A DNA stretch of 64,000 bases from Yuukianura sp. NJ FZ-2021. Lineage: Eukaryota. A model generated the notes under the pieces. The model saw only the letters and a list, made by a program, of their open reading frames with translations. It ran no database searches and had not been told where the DNA came from. Positions within the stretch are counted from its first letter, which is position 1; every line of letters begins with the position of its first letter. A program made the translations under genes and the position numbers. This document shows, piece by piece, positions 1 to 10,600 of this stretch. The stretch lies in contig CM102283.1 in the NCBI GenBank assembly GCA_046563655.1, positions 2,604,001 through 2,668,000 on the forward strand, given 5' to 3'.

Positions 1-1008
1 ATGTCACTGGTGCAAAACCGGTAACACATCCAAGTCCTTTTTGTGAATTTGAATATGCCGCGTCAATTTTCCATTTGTCTACGAAAACCGGTTGTATTCC
101 AATCGTTGCCACAAAGTCAGCTATAAGCAAACAGCGTTTCCCGCCTTTTCTATTTTAGAAAACAACTTTTCAAAATTTCAAAAAAAAAAAATTTCTTTTG
201 ACTTTTTTTTCACCTTCTACAATGTGATCCAATTTTATGAACGTCCTGAAAGACACCAGTTGACGATTCGCCGTTAATAATAAAAACGACGTCTGGAGAG
301 TGCTCATCAATGGCGTTTCGGATTTCGTGATTCGTAAACGCAACGCCCAAAGGTTTGTAGATGTTGATCACTTTTACGCCTGCGCAGAGTTAAAAAAAGT
401 TGAATTTTTGACAAAATTTGTTAAACTTTTCAAAAATTTACCTAATCTTCTTGCCATTTCCGAAAATCGTTCTCCCCACAAACCGCTACTTGGAATCAAT
501 ACAGTTTCGCCAGGGTACATTAAATTTTCCAAAACAGTTTGAGCCCCCAAGTGACCAGTTCCGATGATTGGCCACGTCCAGGAATTCTTCGTTTGAAAAG
601 CATAACGCAGCCCAGCTTTGATTTCATCCATAACGTATAACGAAATAATTAAAATGTTTTTTTAACTGCACTTTTCAAAATCTTGTTGTTTTTTCAAAAA
701 TTCGAAATTCGACCTTGATCACTTTTTCATCGAACATAGCCATAAGCGGAGACGTGAAAGCGTTGGCTACGCGCGGATACAAGTTTGTAGGTCCACCGCT
801 CATCAAAATTTGTTTTTCAGTTGCGTAGGGGCCTTTCAGCGATTCTGGTGCAGCGATTAGTTCTCGTTTCCCATCTTTATTAGAACAAAATTTTTATATT
901 GACACTTGACAGAGACTAATTTTCATCAAATTCTAAAATTTTGTTAAACTTACTGCAAAAATGAGAGATTAAAAGAATGGCTGCTGCCCAAGCCAGGTAT
1001 AGATTCAT
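1..1008 (-). CDS. AGXT: Alanine--glyoxylate / serine--pyruvate aminotransferase-like (class V PLP enzyme); 3' end outside the window
   Basis: Spliced by eye: exons 1008-954, 874-714, 634-442, 379-214, 149-<1. Motifs LMSGGPTN, VMDEIKAGLRYAFQTKN, GTGH..A, GLWGERFSEMARRLG, NGESSTGV, D.VATIG..PV..DKW.ID..YSNSQK (PLP lysine). Intron 2 acceptor reads TAC rather than YAG. Confidence 0.88.
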
Positions 1009-1473
1009 TTCCAATTCTTTTTCCCAAAATTTTCAAGATTTTTGGGCCATAAAAAGCTTTGTTTTTAAACCAAGTATTAACTGAAACTAAATGAAAAAAT
1101 TGTAGGAAATGGTCACATTGACATATAGGGGTTATGCGCATGCCTTTTCATAAGAATATTTTAATTTTGAATTGTTTCAACACCTAAAAAGTTAAACTTA
1201 AAAGTGGAATTACAAGTATAACTGCCAAAATTGGAACGTTTTTTATTTATATATATTTTATTTTAAATATACAATAACTAATAATACAAATAACTTATTA
1301 TTAATTATTACTATAAATTACTTATGTTACGTTTGTTATGTGTGAGGAGCTCTTGCCCCAATTTAGTAATACTAATTTGTGTTCACGAGGAATACCAACT
1401 ATGTATGTGTGAAGCAACATGAACCTCGGTTTTCAGAATTTCAAACTTTTGTTAGGCGGGAAATTGAAATCAG

Positions 1474-3773
1474 TCAACTCTGAGGCCAGAGACGCCCCAG
1501 TCCAAGTTTTCCGGTATACGCAACATGTGATGGAATGCGCGGGTGTTGTGGAATTGGCGGTTGATTTGAAAAAATTCGAAATTTCGTGTCTGGAGCCGCT
1601 GACATGTCAAGGTCACTCTGATTTGAATTTCCCTCCGAAGGACTTTTGATCTGCAGTGGAGACGGAATTTGGAGGTAGCGAAACCTTGGAGGGATTTCAA
1701 TTTCCCGAGGAGCTTTTAGTGAAACCGAATCCGCTTGGTTCGCTATTCGAACCGGTATAAACCTCAACCTCCCTTTTTCTAGAGGCGCCTCTGTCGTAGT
1801 TGGTGATTTCAGCATTTGAATGTCATTTGAATCCAAACTTCTTGCAGAATCGGATGTATCTTCAGTGGGGTTTGCCGGTTCGAATCCGATCGGAATCACA
1901 ATGTGATCAACTACTGGAAACCGAAATGGTGGTGGGGCAAGTGGGCCGGAGTGTTTAAGTGGGGCAGCGGGTGGGACCGGAGTTGTCGTACCGAGTATTG
2001 ATGGTGGGCTGCCTGTAGAAGGTTGTAAGTCTGCGTTGTTCTCCACTTGCGACCCTTGACCTGCGTCAGGTTGGACTTGCAGCGACTGATCTGCGTTATT
2101 TTGTAGTTGTGCTCCTACAGGAATGAATTGAACCGGAATTATCATTGGCGCTTGTGTCGGTTCACTTTGAACCAATGGCTGAGCAGTTGCAGTTAATATT
2201 GATGCTTCTGGTGGCGGTGATCCTGGAGTAGGATTTGAATCTTGTGCGGTTTGTTCTGTTATGGTCGGTTCAAATTGAACCGGAATTATTACCGGAGTGT
2301 TGTCCGGCACAGCGTTGTCCTGTATTTGAGCTGTAGTTGTCGTTGGCACAGAAATTTCTGGTGGCGGACTGCCAGGAGACATATCTGCGTTTAAGTCGTG
2401 CTGTATTACCGGTACAAACTGAACCGGTATAATTACCGGAGCTTCTGTGCTCGGTTCGACTACTGTTGTGGAAGGCATAACTACTGTAGTAGATCCCGGT
2501 GAAGCACCGGGAACCGCAGCGTCATCAGATGGAGTCAAAGCTGGGACAAACTGAACCGGTATAATTACCGGTTTTGGTGTCGGAGTTGGTACCGCCGTGG
2601 TCGGTTCAGGAGCTACCTCTGTCGGAGTTGCTTCAGTTGATGAGTAAAACGGCCACCAAGATGGCGGCCATTTAAAATAGTCGGCAATTCCTGACCTGCG
2701 ATTTTTCGAAGGTTGAGACGGATAATGCACAACTCTGTCAATAGATGGCGCGTAAATTTGTGCCGCTGGTATTTCTTCAGCTGAAACTGAAACCGGTTCA
2801 GCCGTCGTCGTTTCAAATCCAGTCGGCATCACTGGAACACTTTCAATTCTGGTTATTTTCGGCAAACTTTGTTCAGTCGAAGGCAGTAAAATATCTGTAA
2901 CATGTTTGCGTTTTGTCGGTACTTTTTCGGGAACCGGCTCGTCGTTAACTGGTGATTTCGGTTCTGAAACTTCAGATTTTGAAAATCTCTCCAATAACGG
3001 TTGAGACGAAATTTTAAATGGATAGGTTTTAGTTTCAGCATTTTCATCAGAGGTCACGGAGGTCACGCCTGCGTGATTTGGCGAAATAATAACTTCATGT
3101 GCTTTTGTGGCATCGTAGCTGACGTCACGTTGTGCTTTTGCTTTTTTCTAAATTTGAGGTGTTTTAAAAAAGTTAGTATTTAAAAGTATTGTTCAAGTTT
3201 TTTAAAAACTGAATTGCATTATAAACTTTTTCTTTTTTTTACTTTTTTTGTCTAAATTTTATAAAAAATTTTAATGTGACTTACAAGTAAATCAAGTCTG
3301 TTCTGCACGATCGCTCGTCGTTTGACATCGTTTCGTATTCTGAGCCTCGCAGTTTGCAGGTCAACTTTTCGTCGGTTGGGTTGACCTCGCGACTTCACAT
3401 AACCAGCAGGAACCAGCACTATTGCTTCTTCCGGTACTTTTATATGAAAAATGTAATATAAATAATACAATTTAAGTTAATGCAATTAGTACAACATATT
3501 TTTTGGCTCTTTCATCTCACCTGAGTTCATTTTATCCAAAAGAGACTTCAATTCATGATTCATGCGTCTCCTGTCAATTGTTAATTGGGTGCCACTTTCT
3601 CCTGGATTAACTCCCATATCAATTCCATTGTTCTTTGAAGTTTCACTTTTGACCTGCACAGGTTGACCTGTTGACCTGAGGTCATTCGCTTTTCCTGCCA
3701 CTGTCTCTCCTCCTACACACGCAATAGCAACAAAAACACAAGAAATTATAACGGTTTTCAATTTCTCGGCCAT
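1474..3773 (-). CDS. Secreted Pro/Thr/Ser-rich repeat protein (~692 aa), function unknown
   Basis: Exons 3773-3521, 3436-3285, 3147-1474 join in frame at GT/AG sites. Hydrophobic N-terminus (TVIISCVFVAIACVGG) and repeated P[VM]IIPVQF.P motif. Confidence 0.75.
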
Positions 3774-4616
3774 GAGAACAAAATTTTTATTTAATTTTTA
3801 AAAAGTTAAAATTGAAGAGCTAAAAATGCAATGCAAAAAGCCAAAACGTTGTCAAATTTTTTTTTCAAAAATTTTGTGGTGATTTACAAACAAGGTGAAA
3901 ATTGGTACTAAACGAAACGGGACAACGAGGGCCCTTGAAGTGTTCTCGAAGGGACCCTTAGGATGACCTTGGCCTTTTAGCCCTACTGAACTCCGTTACT
4001 CAAGGAAAAAATTTCTATTGTCAGAACATTTTCGAAATGAGGGGACAAGGTCAAGCAATTTTGACGAGGTCATTGGCTAAATATTTCAAAATTTCAAAAA
4101 GAAAAAAAAGTTGTGATTTTTTTGTGACGACGGCAGAAAAGAGTTGCAATTAATCATAAAAACTTCAATCATTTTTTGACCTTCTATTGCTAGAAAATGT
4201 TTGGTCATGGTTGATTAATTCATACACTTGCATAATTACATAAGTTACATAAGTTACAAAACTTAAATAACTTGCATAAGGTCATACTTAATAACTTTCA
4301 ACAGCTTATGATTAACTTAATTGTCAAGCATTAACTTTTTCCTATCATTTGTGGTTATGGTTATGGCCTCGAAATTAGTTCATAAAAAATTTAATTGGAT
4401 TTAAAGCACGCAAAATCGAATGAACTTTTTGTGTCGCGTGGTCGTGTGGAGTCAAACCATTAAAAACGCCCATCACTTTAAATCTCTTTCCACTTTCAGT
4501 TTTGTGTCTGTCCTAACCAGCACAAATTCAAAATTTGAAATTCGCTTCAAAAAAAAATTTAGGTCCATATTTTGTACTTTTGGTGTGCACAGAGTTTTGG
4601 TTTTGAATTTTGAAAA

Positions 4617-7600
4617 ATGGCAACAGAGGGAAAAACATACGGCCCAACGGAAATCGCCGGCAGTGCTCTGGATTTGATTGGCCACACGCCACTTTTGGCC
4701 TTGGACAGAATTTGGCCAGGGCCTGGCCGAATCCTGGCCAAATGTGAGTTTATGAATCCCGGAGGAAGCATCAAGGACAGGTCGTCACTCGGTATGATCC
4801 AACAAGCTTTGAAGTCTGGAGCTCTTGCCCCGGGGGGACCGATACTGGAGGTCACCAGTGGAAATCAGGGGTGTGGGTTGGCTATGGTGGCGGCAGTGCT
4901 TGGCCATCCAATGACCGCCGTCATGTCCAAAGGCAACAGTCCACAGAGAGCTACCATGGTCAGTTTGTTGAACTTTGACTTTTTGACTTTTCCGGTCTTT
5001 TTGGAGTTTTTGACTTTTTGACGCTTTTGAAGTTCTTACATTTTTGACGTTTCCTACCCTCTCTTGACTTTTTTCTTGTTTTTGACCTTTTCCTGACTTT
5101 TTTACGGTTTTGGCTTTTCATGTTTTTTTTGGACTTGCTTGGCATTTTTTAACAGAAAATACAAGGTAAAAAAAATTGTCAAATTTCGAGATCAAAGTAA
5201 TTGTGTAAAAATTAAAAAAAAAATGATACGGTCTGTGCCTCCAATCGCTTGGGTCGAATCGTGGGATTCGAACCCAAGGACTCTGCAATGTACAAGTTTC
5301 GCCATACGAGATAGAGAGGTTTGTTTTCAAGTGAGCTAACAGACCATTTCGTACTAGTCCTACAAAATTTGCAAAGTCTAGTTTTGGCAAATCGCAGCGA
5401 AAACGAATTTGTGCAACAATTTCTCTCACCCTCCACTACTACTCCACACAAGAGAAAAGCAGATGTAAAAGTATGACTCCATAAAAGATGACGTCGGTTG
5501 CTTACAAACTGCATCAAAAGAATTTAAAAAAAAATTAAAGAAGCCAAATTAAAAACGAAATGAAAATTAGTCATATCAGTAAAATCCAACAAAAGTAAAA
5601 TTTTACGAAAAATCGGATCGTGCATGGCGTTCCTCGTATTTGAACTCGCGACTGACGTCTAACGATTTTTCTTAAGGGGGGATGGGAGCCAGCGTTTGTT
5701 TACGATTTGGTGTCAGCCATTGCCATTAGTAACAAAGCAAAATCACTATGAGGAGGTAGGCTCCTCACGGGCCGCCACAAAGGGCACCCGGAATGAGAGG
5801 TCAAGGAACGGGTCACGAGAGTGACCCGGAACAATAAATCAGACGTGGAATGGGCAGATAAGGGGGAAAACTAATGTTTATTTAAATAAATAATGAAAGA
5901 ACGAAAGAACCAATATGTTGTGGGTATGTCCGGTGCTTGGTGGGTCTTGTCCAGTGGCGGTTGGGGTCACGGCGTGGTCCACTGACCAAAAAGAAGTATG
6001 GCTGCCGGTGGAGTGACGAGAGACGAGGACTGGACTGCTTTGCGGTTGGAAGTCGACTGCCAGGAGGAAGTGGGGATTGGGCTTCTGCCTGTGAACAGGC
6101 AGAAGTTCTAGAATCTTCTAGAAGGTGGTTTGGGGGAATCGGCTATGGGGGAAAACACACGGCGGAGTGGGGAAAACACCTTGTCATGTTCCTTTGCAGG
6201 AACATGGCAAGGGCTAGTGGGGGAAAATACTGGACTTGGGGAGGAGTCTTGGTTTCATTGGAAACCAAGACTAAAATAATGACGATAGGTGACACCGGAG
6301 GTCAGCACTCTCACAGGTCCCCAACGACCGCTAGCCGACCCGGCGACATGAACCGCGGGTGACCGACGGGTGGAGCCTGGAAATTGGGATTGGGGAGGGA
6401 ACGGAGCTACAAAACTCCGCTAACGCGATACTGGAGGGAAGCTACGTAATGTCAACGGACAACGTTTGGCGTTCTTTGTAGATTTCCGGCGGCGATTAAA
6501 CGAAGATGTGAGTGCACGGAAATAGCCAGTATGCTTCTTGCGTTTTCGGGGATGTCCAGTATCACGGGGTGGAACGGGGGCAGAACCATGATGGCTAGGG
6601 AGAGGGATACTTCCCGTGTGCTGTGGGGGACTGGGGGAACGAGAGTCACTCGCTGCGGGGGAGGAGTCATCAACCGAGCTGAAGTACTGGTCAGAGTCGT
6701 CGGAACAAATGTCTTCATCAGAATCCCATGACAAGTTGTAGTCGCCAAACTGCTCTCGAGGGGGACAAGGGAGACATTCCATTGACATGAGGGACTTCCA
6801 AGTGTCGTATGGCGGGGAGAATCCGGAAATTGGTTAAGGATGAGGAGACGTCGACGAACCGAGTCTTCTGTTTCTGCGTCTCTCGTGAAGTAGGGAATGA
6901 GTGGTATGTCGAGCCAGGAGACAATGTTTGCTGCGTATTCCGCTTCCGTGAGATTGGGGTGATCCGCTTCGGCCATCAAACGTGCATGTGTGATGAAGGG
7001 GTTAGGGTCATCGCCAAGGGACCATTCGGGAAATCCAGAAAAGTCGATGTTGAGGGGGACTGGTTTAGAGATGGGACTGGGAGCTGCGACTGAAGTTTTG
7101 GGAGGGGAAGCGACAAGTTCAAGGCGGGAAACGTTAACCCATTCATAAAATGAAGGGTTACCAGGCAGGTTGACAATGGCAACACTGTCGCTGGTGAGAA
7201 CGCTGTCGACGACATAGGGACCTTGCCAAGGGGAAGAGCCGTTGCCACTCTTTCCATTGCTGGGAAGGTGACAAATGACTTGGGAAGCTGGAGGGAACTT
7301 GTCGGAGGGGCATTTTCTTGAACGTTGGGAACGGGGCTTCTGGGGCTTCTTCTTTGTTGTTTTGGGCTTGGAAGCTGCAGAATCGCAACTGGAGGGAACG
7401 GTAGGGGGATCTGGAATGGTCACTGGCGGACTCTCGGCCGGAACAACACTAGAAGGTGCTACAGGGACGGGGGAACACTCTTGCTCAAGGACAAGTCCAC
7501 CTAAAGTATGAGCAGGGGCAATTGGGACAAACGATTCAGAACTGGTGGGATCAACAGCTTCGGGACTGGAGAAAACAAGAGCGACAGAAGAACCAGAGGG

Positions 7601-10600
7601 ACAACAAACGACAGACAGATCGCTAGTGCTGGAGGATCTGGAAACGATTTTAACTCCGCTAAGGGAAATACGGGAGGAATCGGAAATACTGGTAAGATCG
7701 GATACGCTTGAGACTGGGGAAATACGTGGGGACTCGGAAACACTGTAATTCTCGGAAATTCGGGGAGATGCGGAGAGAGCCGGCGTTACGGAAAGACTTG
7801 GAGATTCGGAGGGGGGAAATACGGAGATACTTCGAGTTTCGGAAAGACTGGCAGTTTCGGAGATACACGGAGATGCGGAAAGACTGGAAACTTCGGATTT
7901 ACTCTTTGGATCGGCGAAACCTGTGGGATCGGCTGTGCTCATGGGTTCGGGCGGAACGGAGAATCGGGAAAGAGCAATTGGACTTGGTACTGGGTCTCTA
8001 TTTGTTATGGCTAGAGGAGTGGGACTGGTTGGGGCATGAGAGGGGGAACCCTTAACGCTATTTCTAGCTTCGGGGCTACTAGGGGCAATGGATCCACTCT
8101 GATCTGGAAGTACATTCAGGGCATTAGGGTCACTCACGTCGATTGGATCAACCGCAACATTTGACTTCAACACAACATCAGAATCGGAAACAGCTTCTGC
8201 AGCTGCTCGTCTGCGAGGGACTGCGACTGGGAGGGACTGGTTTACGGAAACTTCATTTCTACGCAACAGGGAGAGTCTCGGCTTTGGTTGAGGTATCGTT
8301 TCCCCAACGACCAATTTTGAAGTACGAGCATCATCTGAATGGGAGCAGGGGCTTGGACATATCCGGTTATTTTGGGCAAAGAGCTCAAAGAACTTGAGTA
8401 ACTCTTGTGTGGGAGGGGGACATTGACTGGGCTTACGAGTAGCAACTCGCTTTCTCCGTCGTTTTGGGACAGGGGTGGGAATGTACCTTAAGACAAAATC
8501 GGATGGGGGTGGGGCAGGATTTGCAACTGGGGCAGGAGGCTGTTGCACCTGCATCAACAGCCGGTGGAGTTTTCCGCTTGCAGCATAACTGCATCGGCCA
8601 TTGTTGTTAGGACTTCCTTGATTTGCTGGAGGGAGGACATAATCATGGGACCCCAATGGGTATCCATGGTGTTCGGGACACTCTGGGTAAATGTCGGGGG
8701 TGGGGGAGCTACAGGGGAAACTCCAAGGGAACCGGCTGCTTGGGTCATGATGGGAGGGACGGAACTTCGTTGGGGTTGGGACCTGGTGTAAACCATGGGG
8801 AACTGGCGGGGACGAGGGGGAAGAGGTCGACATCCCGCAGCTATGGGGTCAATGCCTTGGGAACGCCAATATGCGTGGCAATACTTGCGGATGTGACCAC
8901 CACGGCCACAATAATGACAGATAGGGCGACCATCTTCTGTTCGGTGGTCCGAAGGAGAAGGCTGATAAGCCAAGGGCATACGGCGCTGCGGGGTGGAAGT
9001 AACTCCAGAGGCTTCTGAACCGTGGATGGAGCTGGTTGGACTGGAGTGATATGACATTCTGGACAATGATCTGAAACTAGACAAATAATTAGTAGGAACC
9101 AATATTTTTAGTTAGGGTGTTATAAAGCTATGAGTTATAAACTCAAATTCCACTAAAACACCAAAACTAGGGTATACGAGCCAAGCCACAGAGCCACACA
9201 AACCACAAGAATTAATCAAGGGCTAGGGATAACCAACCGCATAACACACCGATTTTTGGAATTGTGGGGTAGGTAGGGCATTCAGATTCAAAAATCTGAA
9301 AAATCCGACGAATTCTGACGATTAGGTAGGGTATTGCGTCGTGGGGATATGCGAAATCGCTGTTGGGGAATTATCCGACGAGTCTGGGGAAAAGTCGCAC
9401 CTGGTTGCGTCAAACTCGCAAGTGGTTGCGATCGGGGCAGACTGTGTAGTTGGATGTTGCAGTTGGGGGGATAACCAGTGGGACTTGGGAGAAAAACCGC
9501 TAAGTGTTTTAATTCTGGGGAAAATCGGGCAGCGTTTTGGTGCGAAGTGAGGGAATTCCAAATTGGGTTATGTTTCAATAGGGGGGGGCGAAGGGGCGGA
9601 TAAACAAATTGAAAAAAATTTGCTAAGTTGTGGGAAATTTGAAAAATTTGGGCAGCGTTTCGTTACTGAGTAAGGGAAATTCGAATTGGGTTATGCTTCA
9701 ATGGGGGGGGATACTAACTTTTGAAAAATCGGTTAAGGGTTTGGAATTTTTGAAAATTTTGGACAGGGTTTTGTTTAGGGATTCGAAATTTCAATTTAAG
9801 GTAAGGTTCAGGGAAGGGAAGGTCACTTGGAGGAGAGTCAATGACTTTATGTGGTAGTGGGACTACTTTTGGACTTTGGTGGGGCTGGTGGGGACGAAAA
9901 ATCGCTATGTTTTTAACTTTTGAAAAAATTTTGCGCGGGGAGGTTTAGGGAAAGCGATTTAGCGCAAAAAACGGGGTCACTTTTAAGGGACTGGGGGGAT
10001 AAACGCCGGGGGGTGGGGCGCTACAACGCAATAAACAACAACCTGACCTTTGATTTGACCTTGGTGGCTCTTCGGTGGCTCAGTAGTCGCTCGGAGGGCG
10101 GTTGTTCAGAAGAAAGTCGGTGGCTCAGAAGAGATACGGTGGCTCAGGAGAAAAATCGGTGGCTCTCGCTTCTTTGGCTCAATTGGGAGCTGAAAAAAAT
10201 CGATACAAAATTTAACAAAAATGAACAAAAAATGATCTAGAAAAGGAATTAATGTTAGGTAGGGATGTGGGAGTGAGGCTAAATGGGGTCAAATTGGGGT
10301 CAAAGGTCAAATATAGCCCGTCTGAGGCCCCACATATGAGGAGGTAGGCTCCTCACGGGCCGCCACAAAGGGCACCCGGAATGAGAGGTCAAGGAACGGG
10401 TCACGAGAGTGACCCGGAACAATAAATCAGACGTGGAATGGGCAGATAAGGGGGAAAACTAATGTTTATTTAAATAAATAATAAAAGAACGAAAGAACCA
10501 ATATGTTGTGGGTATGTCCGGTGCTTGGTGGGTCTTGTCCAGTGCTTGGTGGGTCTTGTCCAGTGGCGGTTGGGGTCACGGCGTGGTCCACTGACCAAAA

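Noticed and set aside
6082-6272. Spaced palindromes superficially like a CRISPR array
   Set aside because: The hairpins differ in sequence, there are no identical direct repeats or cas genes, and the context is a eukaryotic LTR.
5937-6362. 141-aa ORF repeated at 10525-11181
   Set aside because: Lies inside the LTRs, antisense to the element, starts at TTG and runs out into unrelated flanks; the repetition is just the LTR pair.
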